Assembly (NCBI RefSeq): GCF_006345805.1
Contig: NC_043003.1
Location: 94,302,001-94,366,000 of the forward strand
DNA from: Octopus sinensis
Taxonomy: Eukaryota
Direction: 5' to 3'
DNA: 64,000 nt
Part shown: one piece after another, positions 12,740 to 24,500 of the stretch
Layout of the letters: each line of letters begins with the position of its first letter
How positions within the stretch are numbered: position 1 is the stretch's first letter
The notes under the pieces: model-generated
Database searches by the model: none
What the model was told of the DNA's origin: nothing
Seen by the model: the letters and a program-made list of their open reading frames with translations, nothing else
Position numbers and translations under genes: made by a program

Positions 12740-12740
12740 G

Positions 12741-12773
<33 letters not shown>

Positions 12774-12869
12774 ATATATTATATATATATAATATATATA
12801 TAATATATATATATAATATATATATATATAAATAAATATATATATAAATAAATAAATATATATAAATAA

Positions 12870-12933
<64 letters not shown>

Positions 12934-12935
12934 TT
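12740..12935. repeat. Interrupted (TA)n/(TAAA)n tract
   Basis: Direct reading of the sequence. Confidence 0.95.
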
Positions 12936-13186
12936 ATATTGGGAAGAGCTCAAAAATGTTGACAGAACACGGATATTCATATTTGATGTAATTTCATGTC
13001 TGCAAAAAAAAAAGAAAGTAATTTTTCTTCACATCAAATGAAACCAGATATTGATACACTTCATAAAACTAAAGATATTACAAATGTATCTACACAAACA
13101 AACAATATGGACAAAAAAATAAATATTACAATAAACAGGCAAAACACACACACAAACATACACACATATATGTGTATGTATATATA

Positions 13187-13218
<32 letters not shown>

Positions 13219-13431
13219 CATGCAACTAAAAACTACACATTTCTATTATATGTCTCACTCATACATACACACTAAACAATATATATTATATGTATGTATG
13301 CACGTATGTAGGTAGGTAGGTAGGTACGTAGGCATGTATGTAGGTAGGCTGGCATGTATGTAGCTTTGCAGGTAGATAGGCAAGTATATGCGTATGTATA
13401 ACTTTCTTAATATTTAAATCCAGTACTTATG

Positions 13432-13600
13432 AAGGCGCATGGCTCAGTGGTTAGAGCGTTGAGCTTACGATCGTGAGGTTGTGAGTTCGAATCCCGGACC
13501 GGGCTGCGTCTTCTGCTCTTGAGCAAGACACTTTATATCACGTTGCTCTAGTTCACTCAGCTATAGAAATGAGTTGCGACGTCACAGGTGCCAAGCTGAT
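13432..13600 (+). mobile_element. tRNA/CORE-type SINE, family C
   Basis: A box tggctcagtggttag, B box gagttcgaatccc, CORE-like ttgagcaagacactttat...cactcagct. Confidence 0.9.
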
Positions 13601-13875
13601 GATTAAAGTTGTGGATGAGAAAAAGTTAGCTGATATGGTGTACTGTAGCTCCAACGCTGTCGAGTATTCATGAACACAATATACTCTTCCTGAGAAGAGA
13701 AAACAAAATATCGTCAGCTTTAGCCGGAATATATTGTATAAATCTACGCGTGTGTTTATGTGTGTGTTTGTGGGGTTGTGTGTGCCTGTGTATGTTTGTC
13801 TCAGTTTGTGCGTTTGTGTGGTAATGAGAAATGCATGCGTGTATATGCATATACATATATAGAGAGAGAGATATG

Positions 13876-13917
<42 letters not shown>

Positions 13918-13953
13918 ATACATTTTCGTATGTATATATATATATATATAGTA

Positions 13954-13992
<39 letters not shown>

Positions 13993-14267
13993 TTAGACTT
14001 ACCTCTGTGCCATTTCCATCCCCATCTCTTAAATATATAAATTTGATTTGCATGCGTCTTTATGTTCTTAACCCCAGACAGAAGATAAACCTTTTCACTT
14101 CAAATTTTTATAAGCTTTTACTGATATTTGATAAGTCTAGATCAATTGAAAACGGTCATATTTTCTTTATATAATTTTAAAGTAATTTTTATTAAATTAC
14201 CTCTTAAATTGAAATGTCTTAGACTTACTTCTGTGCTATTTCCACCTCCACCTTTTATATATATATA

Positions 14268-14303
<36 letters not shown>

Positions 14304-14307
<4 letters not shown>

Positions 14308-15547
14308 TTCATCCCATAAATGATGCGGTATTTTCAACTGCATAAACTGAAAGAAGGAGGGGTACAGGATAAACTACCTGCATCAACTTGCTATAAAAGC
14401 AGATAGTAATTTTATCTTGTACTTGTTCTTACTGCAGGTTTTGAGGAGTGCAGTTCGATTTTAACATTTATTTTTTCAAACATTATGGAAGGGGCAAGGG
14501 TACGTAATCAGCATATTTTGCTGTATAAGTTCAATACAGGCAACAACGCAAAGGAAAGTGGGAGGAATATTAATGCAGTATATTGGGATCGGACAATAAG
14601 CGTAAACCAGTGTCAACGGTGGTTCCATAAATTCCAAACCGGAAACTAATGCCTAGAAGACGGGCCTCGTTGTGGAAGATCTGTAGAGCTCGACGAGGAC
14701 GTCCTGCAGATCGCGGTGGAACAAAATTCCATCGTAACTGTTCAGGAACCAGCAGAGAAGCTTAGATTTGGTCATTCAACCATTCATCGACACCTGTGCT
14801 ATCACAAAAGTCAGCAGATTGGGTCAATGTGTTCCGCACAAACTTTCCGTGTTTAATCTCGCGCTGAAAGTGCATGTGTGCTCTTCTTTGTTGTCACGTC
14901 TCACGAATGAACCCTTTTTGGACCGAATAGTGACTGGTGACGAAAAATGGGGTCTCCCTAAAAATGTTAAGCGCCGAATATAGTTGGTAAGGAACGGAAA
15001 CACCGGCACCCTAGGCTAAAGAAGGTCTTCACCCACGTAAGGTGTTGTTATCTGTTTGGTGAGATATGAAAGGTTTAGTCCACTTTGAACTTTTATACCC
15101 AAGCCTTACGACAACAAAGGAGATCTACCGCGAACGGCTTGAGACGTTTAAGTCAGCGCTAGAAGAAAAACGACCATCTATGTTTTCAAGACGAGAGGTG
15201 TTCTTCCATCAGGATAATGCTCGGCCATATATAGCGAAAATAAAATTCCAGAAGCTGGAGTAGTTTGAATAGGAAACTATGCCCCACCCAAAATATTCAC
15301 CAGACATTGCCCCATCTGATTATCATTTATTCGGCAGTCTTCAAAATCATTTGGCTGGAAAAATATGAATTCCGTTGATGAGGTCAGAATTTTGGAAGGG
15401 GCGCCTAGCAAGTCTACAAGATTGATGGAAGAGCATTGTAAAAAATAAAGGAAAGTATATTTCAAGTTAAAAAATAACTTAGTTTATCTTAATTTTGAAA
15501 AATAAGAAGTATAAAAAAAATCACATTATTTTTTGTATAACCCAAAA
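14304..15547 (+). mobile_element. Mariner (D,D34D) DNA transposon with degenerate transposase at 14485 to about 15440
   Basis: HTH N-terminus, CVPHKL, IVTGDEKW, HQDNARP and YSPDIAPSDYHLF, with 34 residues between the last two Asp. Imperfect TIRs at 14304-14335 and 15513-15547 are flanked by TA. Multiple stops. Confidence 0.95.
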
Positions 15548-16984
15548 TATATATGTGTATGTATGTACGTATGCATGTATGTAAGTATAGTGCACGTTTG
15601 TGCAAAGACAAGAGAAAGCACTCAAAACAAAAATAGAGTTTGTATGCTTTGGGAGAAGCGGACGCTTCTTGAATAGTTACTGTTTCACCTTCCTGATCAC
15701 TCAATAATTAACTCTGGATGCATTTCGAAAATTTATAAGCAGAGCTATTTGAAAACTAGTCAAAATATTAATGGGTAAGTGGAGATCGAGATTTTGTTGG
15801 TTATCAAAGGAAACATAATGCACTTTATATTTTTTTAATCATTTTCCACCCATAGAACACGTGAGGTGCTCATCTATCTATATGATGCCTTCGCGTATTC
15901 CGAATGATAACCTTAATATATTTTCATATGATTCTGAGGGCACGAAAACCTCACTACTAATTTTACAAGCGAAAAAATTAAGACACACCATTTTCTGCTC
16001 ATAACAATTGGATATATCTGTGTATGAGACACTTTCAGTGTACCGTTAACTCCTTGTATTTTCACGTATTTGCGAATAATTCCGCTTATATATTGTAACG
16101 CTTTTTAAAATTGTTTTAATGAGCTTGTGACTTTGTTAGTTACGATTTAATAAGATTCATCTTCTAATAGTAACAATAAAACAGTTTCTAGTTTAAGTGC
16201 CGGACTAGAAACTTTTAATGAAGATACCAGTACTTCACTGATACTTTATTTTTCGACCTCAGAGGATGTAAAACTAAGTTAATCTTACTATGATTTGAAC
16301 ATGGAGTGTAAAGAAATGTAACTAAATATGGAAAAGCATTTTGTCCTGCGTTTTACCGAGTCTTTCAGTGTATGTATACATGTATGTATTCCTGCATGTA
16401 TTTACCAATGATGTGCGTGCAAAAAGTAGCCCACTTTAATTTTCCCGCCAAAATTAATGCCGCGTATGCAAAATCCTTCCACACGTGCTCTCTCTTGACT
16501 TGAGGATGTGGAGGTCTACTGGTCCTGTGTGTTGCTTTTCCAGCATCCAAAACCCCTTGTCGGCACTTAGTGTGATAGCCAACTGTAAACCCGTCCTTTG
16601 TCGCTTAATATTTGATCCTCACCTGCTTGCGACCTCGGTCACTTATGCAACACGGATACTGGATAAACCAGCCATTTTGAGTTCTAGATCCCACAAAGAG
16701 TTAAAAATTTTGTGTTTGTGTGTGTGTCTGTAATATAACAAGGCATCTAATTAGCAGAGTTTCACAGAGAAGGAAAACGATAAACGTCATTAAATACGAC
16801 TGAGGGTGTTAGAACACCTGTAATGCCAGAAATAAGAGCTAAATTCCTCTGTTGCTGCTGTCAACGCACATATAATTGTATACATACATGCCGGCAACGA
16901 CTGTAGATGACCGGAAACTAGTGACTGTGATATCTCTTAGCCGTACAGTTTCGGCTTTAGGCCGAAGCATCGTCAGAAGACCTG

Positions 16985-17310
16985 GCACTGTTTGCCAGAC
17001 TGCAACCCGCTTGATTATTATGTATGGGACGCAGTTGAGCGGGAGCCCAACGAAACTCCTTGTAACACCAACAATGAACTGAAGGCAAGGATTATGCTAG
17101 CATTCACCAACTTAAACAAGGAGAGTATCCAGAAGAGTTGTAGAAGATTCCGAAGTTGTCTGAAGGCTGTGATTGAAGCCAATGGCGATTATATTGAATA
17201 AATTTACTCATTAGTATTTCAAGGTATTTTTACGTAATTTTGGTAAATATATCTGTTAAAATGAGATGGTAGTATTATTTTGATTTTTACGTAACGTTGA
17301 TGGTACTCTG
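16985..17310 (+). mobile_element. Tc1/mariner (DD37D/maT-like) 3' fragment
   Basis: PDCNPLDYYVW...RSCLKAVIEANGDYIE* followed by 3' subterminal sequence and TA. Confidence 0.88.
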
Positions 17311-17339
17311 CATATATATATACACATTCATACTCGAGT

Positions 17340-17470
17340 TTGCACGGCGTAGTGGTTAGAATGTTGCTCGTGAGATTGTGGCTTCAATTCCTGGACCGGG
17401 TGGTGCGTTTTGTGCTTGAGCAAAACGTTTTATCTCACGTTACTCTGTAACCGCTCCTACGCCTAACGTG
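17340..17470 (+). mobile_element. SINE family C, degenerate
   Basis: ggcgtagtggttagaatg...ttcaattcctggaccggg...ttgagcaaaacgttttatctcacgtt. Confidence 0.7.
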
Positions 17471-19529
17471 CAGTAAACCTTGCACCTGTATAAGGAATAC
17501 CGATTTGATGTTAGGAATTAGTTAATGTATGGCATAATCGTTTGATCACAAAAAATAAAATCAGTCTTACGGGCTGTTTAGCAAAAATTTGCAGAACCGT
17601 CTTTCTCGGACCTCGACGGATTACTATTATCACGAAAATCGTCGTTCAGACACACGTACGTAAGTTAATGAATACATATAAACACTCACACATAGAGAGA
17701 AAACAATCGCACAAAATGTGGATATGTTTGGCCCTGAGTGTTTTTCAGAGTGTGGTAATATGACTCGCATGAATTCAACATATTAATTGAAGAATAAGTC
17801 ACAAAAGGTGTCAACGAATAATTATAGGTAATTAAAAATAATTCGGCTCTCTGACAACAATTTCGACGGAAAATAATCTAGACGGATATGTGTGTGTAAT
17901 ATATGTGTGACCATATAGCACACTAGGTTTTGTTAAGCATTAATAAAGACAAATTAAATTATTGTTTGCCTTTATTATTAATTTATTGTTAATCATGTCT
18001 TAATCCATTAAGATAATTGTCTTTGTTTTAATTATTTATTTTAGCTTTTGCTATTTAATAGAAATGATTTCGATTTTAGATTTGTGCACATATTTGCTTG
18101 TTTATAAGTTTTGGTTTTATATTAGTCATAATTATAGATCCGAAGTATAACTAATGATTTATTTTATCCTTATTTTTCAACCGCATCTTTTTCTTGTAGT
18201 CTTCAATTATCCTAATTATATATACATCTCTCGAGCGAAAGTGTCCGTTTATAGCTACTTATCCTATTTATTTTTGCATTCGCCCACCGTCGATTTGACT
18301 TCGGCGAGATAAATATTACAGCTACATTTTTGAGCATTATTATTTAAAACTAATTAACCTAGTATTGTTAAGCTTATTTGATTCGGACCCCAATTTACTT
18401 AGCAATTTTCTAATTATATATTCATATGTTGAGAGTATGTATTCTTTAAGGGATTAATACATACGTTTCTCTACTTTTATTTGAGCTCAGGCATTTGTTT
18501 AGTTGTATTTATATGTCCGATGTAATCGCAAATTGTGACTAATGATCACTATTTAGTATAGATTAATTTGCTGAAATAACAATACCATATTTGTCTCAGT
18601 TAATTAGTGATCAAATTTATTTGTTTATTTAAACAATATATCTTCCTATTCACTGAATTTTGTAAACAATTTAGCCATCTAAATTAAGCATTCTTTCTTC
18701 CTTTCGTGTCTTCTCTCCGCTCATTACTTTCTTCTCTTCAGAGAGAGGCAAAGATTTTAATAATTCTTCTTCCTCGGTTATTTCTTCCTACATTTCTCCC
18801 ACAAAAAGATTGCCTTGTTATTGTCACACCATTTTCTACTAAACAATATAATTTTGTTTTTATATTCCTTTTGCTTTCTTCTTTTTTCGTGTGTATGAAG
18901 TACGTTATTAAATGAAGAGAGCTCATGTCTGATGAGCAGGAAAAATATGTCTGCAGTGCATAAATCTAAATGTAATTCACTCTGCATTCTAAATGTACCC
19001 GGGCATTTCTTCAGTTGTGGATATGCTACTTGGAATTTGCTGTTCTTATATTGCACTTAAACCTTTTCGCTGTCCACGTGGTCTAGCCACGAGATCTTTC
19101 TTCCTCCACTTTGAAGAGAGGTTATAAGCCACCGACCATTAGGGTTTCAAGTGATGATGTAGAGCTAAGCGCTTTATGGACATGAAACCCTAAGTAACTC
19201 CATAGGCCAGTCATAACTATTTTTATCGAATTATTTGTGTGTGTGTGTCTCAAAACTATCGTTATTATAAGGCTGTGAAAGATGTATTCGCGAGTCATAA
19301 ATGACGATGTAATACGACGCAGAAACACATGTCTGTCGATCCGATGACGTAATTCAAAACCTAATGTGTTTCTGCGTGACGTATTTTCTCCAGGAAATGT
19401 TTCTATATCAAAAGGAAAGTCTACAAATGGGTACTCACGAAAGTGTTGAATATGACTGTACAGGACTATATCTTTTTCAGGGCTGCTCTGTGTGACTCGA
19501 TCAGATATTATATATATATATATATATAT

Positions 19530-19693
19530 AAAGTGAGAGAGAGAGAGAGAGAGAGAGAAATTACACGTATAAATCCACATATGCACATATATACACACAC
19601 ATGCATACATATATATATATATATACATGATATATTAAGATTCAGGTGAATAAGGCATATATATATAAATATAAATGTATATATATATAATAT

Positions 19694-19725
<32 letters not shown>

Positions 19726-19861
19726 AAGTGAGAGAGAGAGAGAGAGAGAGAGAAATTACACGTATAAATCCACATATACACATATATACACACACATGCA
19801 TACATATATATATATATAATATTAAGATTCAGGTGAATAAGGCATATATATATAAATATAA

Positions 19862-19910
<49 letters not shown>
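19530..19910. repeat. About 195-bp tandem duplication between (TA)n tracts
   Basis: aaagtgagaga...aaattacacgtataaatccacatat...ttaagattcaggtgaataaggcat recurs at 19530 and 19725. Confidence 0.92.
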
Positions 19911-19911
<1 letters not shown>

Positions 19912-20582
19912 ACATATATAATGTGTGTGTGTGCGTGTGTGTGTGTATACATATATGTATAAATTTTCTGATTATGCACGTATAATATCAAAGATAGCTC
20001 GTTAGCATTTGCTTGTTAAGAGAAAGAGACTTTGAACTGAGCAAAGGAGTATCGGGATTGCATTTATAAAATAATATAACTTGGATTTTGGTTTAGTTAA
20101 CCGATGTGTTGATACACCGGATACTGTTTGGGGGATGCGTCGCATTAAATTACAATCAAAGCGTTTTAAACAGTATATAAATTATATATATATTTTTGCT
20201 GCATAAAACTTTCCTAATCGAAAGCATTGACAAAATATTGTTGCATGCATTTAACAAATCGTCTTTTTATCAACTCGTCTTTCGCTGAGATATAATAATA
20301 CCAGAACATGTCCTAAGTTATCACTGTAATGTAAGATCAAACTCAGTCCCTCTTATATTCTTAAAATTCTATTTTTCATTATTGTTAAGTTACTGCTGCC
20401 ATTGTGAAAATGTGTCTTCTTCCCACCACAAGTAAAATTTTTGTTATTAAACGTATCTGTGGAGTGCTCAGCCACTTGCACATTAATTTCACAAGCAAGC
20501 CTTGATCGTATCAGCTGGGACCATCGTCGTCTTAACCGACGGAATGATCCTTTTTTATGCATATATATATATATATATATAT

Positions 20583-20966
20583 AAAATAAAAACATGATGC
20601 GAAGGATTCAGCGGTACATATGTTTCGGGCCTTTATTAGACAGATTTATAACAATGCATAATGTATGTCTGTGGCCTTCTTCAGCCGCGCACAACAGCTT
20701 CCACAAGGACATGTGTTACATCAAAAATTCTTGGTTGGGGATGCAAATCCTCATTCACTTACATCTGCATAATGCGGCAGCAGCATAGAGTTGAAGCGTC
20801 CATCTCTTTCTTCTCTAATGTAGAATGAGGAAAATTGGATGTTGAGGTAATGTAAATAAATAAATACATATATAGAGGTGAAGATGGAGGGGCGAGAGTT
20901 CGGGGCGAGGGATAAAAAATGTATAAAAAGTGTAAGTATAGAATAATATAAAAATGTAGAGGATAA
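20583..20966 (-). mobile_element. Penelope-like terminal repeat, inverted copy, containing a hammerhead motif
   Basis: Reverse complement of 22460-22843 with only a few substitutions and indels. Confidence 0.85.
20611..20688 (-). ncRNA. Type I hammerhead ribozyme motif (palindromic helix III)
   Basis: Identical to the plus-strand motif at 22737-22814. Confidence 0.75.
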
Positions 20967-22169
20967 AGCACATCCCGCTTTCCTATATGTGCGTGTATAT
21001 GTGTATGTGTGTGTGTGTGCGTATGTATGTGCACATACGTGTACGTATGTGTACATATACATATATATGTACATGTGCGTGTGTGTGTGTGTGTGGGTGT
21101 GTGTACGTGCATATAGGGTTCCCTGCATTTTCCCCCTATATATACAAATTTTGTCTCCCATATATGACTTCTTTTCCCTAAATATTTCTTCTCCTACACC
21201 CATATCCTCCCTATGTAGTCTCTTTAATCCCCTATATCTATACCCTTTCACATTTCTAACTCAGATGTTGAACGCACACCGCCAAACTCCACTTCCCACC
21301 CTTCCAATTTTCAGTTCCCCCCGCCCGCCCCTACGTTTAACACACAACTTTAAACTTTACAAAATTATATTTTTATCTTATTTTATTTTATTTTTATTTT
21401 TACTTTTATTTTTACTTTTATCCTGCTTCCATTTATTTTTATTTTTATTTTTTAATTATTTTTACTTTTATTCTACTCCATTTATTCTCATTTTCATTTT
21501 CATCCCTTACCTTAACTCTTATAATTTTTATAATTCTTATACTTCATTTCTAACTATTACATTGTATTTCTTATTTTATACTGTATTTTTTATTTCTAAT
21601 CTTTACCCTTACCCTCATTCTTACCCCTAACTTATCGCTTTACACCTCTATATATGTTTATTTACTTACCTATGGATCCACCTTTTGAATATACGAGCGT
21701 CCGCGTATGTGTGTATACGCATACATACATATGCACGCGCATATATGTACATGCATACTTCGATATCTTATAGCTATACCCATGTGCGCGTGTGTCTCTG
21801 TGTGTGTATATGAGTGTATATGTGCACGCACATACGGACACACAGCCGTGTGTGCGTGCGCGTATTGACATGAGTACGGGATTCTTTACATACGTTCTTA
21901 TACACATCCTTTAATATCTTATACCTGGACCTAGAGGCGTGGGCATATACGTTGTGTATGTAGTGATGGGCGCGCGTATATACATGTGAGCGTGTACGCG
22001 CGTAATGTCCGTGTATATATGCGGATATTCTGTTGTATGTATGTGTGGTACGCGCGTGCGTGTGGGTGCGTGTGTGTTTATGTACGTGTTTACACGCGAG
22101 TGCGTGTGTATGCTTATAGGCTTGGAGGCGTATATGTACGCGTGTATGTGGGTGTATATATCCATGATG

Positions 22170-22843
22170 ATATGTATGTACTAGAAGTCCATTTAATTCA
22201 AGGAACCAGATTAAATGCTCATCAGCTCTGATTTACAACGCATTAAGTCCCCAGACGAAACTGTTGATGTACTGACAATTCTACAACTAAATTTTATCAA
22301 TCTCCTGACCACCATGCTTGGTCCATAACCTCTATACATCCCTTATCTTTACATTCTTTTACACTTTTATCATGTTTTTATCAGGTTTTTTTACTTTTAT
22401 TTCTATTTCTATTTTTACTTTATATTTCTTTATACCCCCTTTACATCTACTTACACCCCTTATCCTCTACATTTTTATATTATTCTATACTTACACTTTT
22501 TATACATTTTTTATCCCTCGTCCCGAACTTTCGCCCCTCCATCTTCACCTCTATATATGTATTTATTTATTTACATTACCTCAACATCCAATTTTCCTCA
22601 TTCTACATTGAGAGAAGAAAGAGATGGACGCTTCAACTCTATGCTGCTGCCGCATTATGTCGTACGTGAATGAGAGGATTTGCATCCCCAACCAAGAATT
22701 TTGATGTAACACATGTCCTTGTGGAAGCTGTTGTGCGCGGCTGAAGAAGGCCACAGACATACATTATGCATTGTTATAAATCTGTCTAATAAAGGCCCGA
22801 AACATATGTACCGCTGAATCCTTCGCATCATGTTTTTATTTTT
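22170..22843 (+). mobile_element. Penelope-like element 3' end: possible endonuclease C-terminus, G-poor tract, hammerhead
   Basis: LEVHLIQGTRLNAHQL* resembles the LExxxI...LN C-terminus of PLE GIY-YIG domains. A C/T/A-rich tract and a hammerhead follow. Confidence 0.6.
22737..22814 (+). ncRNA. Type I hammerhead ribozyme motif (palindromic helix III)
   Basis: GCGG-CTGAAGA-A-GGCC(ACAGA...TCTGT)...GGCC-C-GAAA-CATATG-TA-CCGC. Helix I is GCGG/CCGC, ACATATGT is a palindrome, and the GUA site is at 22810. Confidence 0.75.
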
Positions 22844-22922
22844 ATTTTGATCAATTTACTCCACCACCTACACCACCAAACGGTATACACAGGTGCTTAT
22901 AATTATCAAGTACTCACCCCGA

Positions 22923-22970
<48 letters not shown>

Positions 22971-23104
22971 ATATATATATATTTATAATAAGTGTAGTTC
23001 GTATACGAGTGGGTATATATTATAAAAAAGAAGTTTGAAAACGCCACTATATAAGATAAATTTTAATTTTCTTAGAAATTTTACATATTTCGGTTCTTCT
23101 TGAA

Positions 23105-23277
23105 AAAAGTTAAGTGTAATAAAAAAGTTCATAATTGTTTCTTACTGGTCTCAACAGAATCCACGTGGTGGTGTTTTGTAGGGAGTAAGCATAATAGCTC
23201 TAAATTTAAAGTTGAGTGTAATAAAAAGTTCATAATTGTTTCTTACTGGTGTCAACAGAATCCACGTGGTTGTTTTT
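23105..23277. repeat. About 65-bp direct repeat, two copies about 103 bp apart
   Basis: gtgtaataaaaagttcataattgtttcttactggt.tcaacagaatccacgtggt occurs twice. Confidence 0.9.
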
Positions 23278-23614
23278 AGCTGTCTTATATATATTTGTAT
23301 ATATTCACATGAATACATATATGATATAATATAAAATGCAATATAATATAACATATTATATATATATATATATATATAGTCCTCGCATTGTTGTCTTTTC
23401 ATCGTTTATTTTATCAATTATATATATATATGTATGTGTGTGCATGTGTGTATTATAGATATCTGTGCGTGCACGCTTATGTGTATAAGAATGCCCATAC
23501 ATAGGTATATTTGCATCCGTTCACTTATAGTCTCCTATACATAAAAATTGAAATATAAGAAGCGAAAAATTACGTTGTATCTGTTATTACACAGCGTGTA
23601 CCGTTAATGTAGTT

Positions 23615-23730
23615 CTCAGGGAGATTCAGCATGACAGAGTATCACAAGGCTGGCCCTTTGAAATACAGGTTCTACTCATGTTTGCCACCTGAGTGGACTG
23701 GAACAAAGTGAAATAAAGTGCCTTGCTTAA
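23615..23730 (-). mobile_element. CORE-type SINE 3' fragment
   Basis: cagggagattcagcatgacagag...ggccctttgaaatacagg...tgagtggactggaacaaagtgaaataaagtg; a related copy lies at 55025-55160. Confidence 0.8.
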
Positions 23731-23739
23731 TAGTATGAC

Positions 23740-23884
23740 AACAAAGAATGAAAAAGACCTCGATGATATGTAAATAGGGGAATTTATCTGTAATATAATA
23801 TGTGACAATTATTCGGTTGTCATAATAAAACTCTGAGTTTCGGATGTCGGCGCGGAAATCTGCTCCGGCATCTCGTCACTTATC
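23740..23884 (-). mobile_element. Penelope-like terminal fragment with hammerhead motif (23824-23884, C3G substitution)
   Basis: Minus strand GATAA-GTGACGA-GATG...CATC-C-GAAA-CTCAGAG-TT-TTATT; same family as 55950-56104. Confidence 0.75.
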
Positions 23885-23916
23885 AATACAAACAAAAATG
23901 CGTTTGTGTTTGTCTT

Positions 23917-23946
23917 AATAACTGACGAGATGCCGGAGCAGATTTC
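23917..23946 (+). repeat. 30-bp inverted copy of the 5' half of the hammerhead (intact CTGACGA)
   Basis: aataactgacgagatgccggagcagatttc pairs with 23855-23884 and ends in (TA)n. Confidence 0.88.
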
Positions 23947-24157
23947 ATATATATATATATATTGAATTTGGCGAAACTGCGGTATAAGAAAAGTTAAGTT
24001 TGTAAAAGTTTTTAATTTTCATCTCACTAAATTTATCCAGCTATTGTGTATCTAGTGCACTCTTCGCCTTGAATGTAATGATATATGTATAATATATGGC
24101 GTGTACTGGTACACCGGCGATTATAATTAATTTTATTGTATCGCATTTATCTTTGTT

Positions 24158-24221
<64 letters not shown>

Positions 24222-24259
24222 TTCTCTCCCTTTTCCGTTCCTCTTCCAATATATTTAAT

Positions 24260-24500
24260 TGTTTAAATAATGGCTTTTCGGCATTTATATATTTATGGTG
24301 AAATCGTTATACGATTTATACCTTACTTTCCAAATTGTGGTCAATTTCCGTACAACCACTGTTCAATATTTACGTTGATTGATGCTTAAGGCTACCTTTA
24401 AATGTTTCCCAAAACTCTATAGTGTTATTAGGTGTTTTCGAAATTCCTTCATAAGGTGGATACCATAAAATTTTCACATCCATTTCGGTATCTTTAATCC
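24260..24500 (-). pseudogene. Possible Penelope ORF relic (RT-EN linker)
   Basis: KILWYPPY...NRITI...MP across frameshifts resembles the PLE IIWFNPPY...FNRNTIK..YSCMPN motif as I recall it. It has the same orientation as the downstream hammerhead tail. Confidence 0.3.

Noticed and set aside
16935-16980. Hammerhead-like motif on the minus strand (CTGACGA...GGC-ctaaa-GCC-GAAAC-T-GTA)
   Set aside because: Six extra nucleotides separate the core from helix II and helix I does not pair at the cleavage site. At best a dead relic.
22185-22230. CTGATGA followed by an 8-bp hairpin (CATTTAAT/ATTAAATG) on the minus strand
   Set aside because: No GAAA, helix III or NUH follows.
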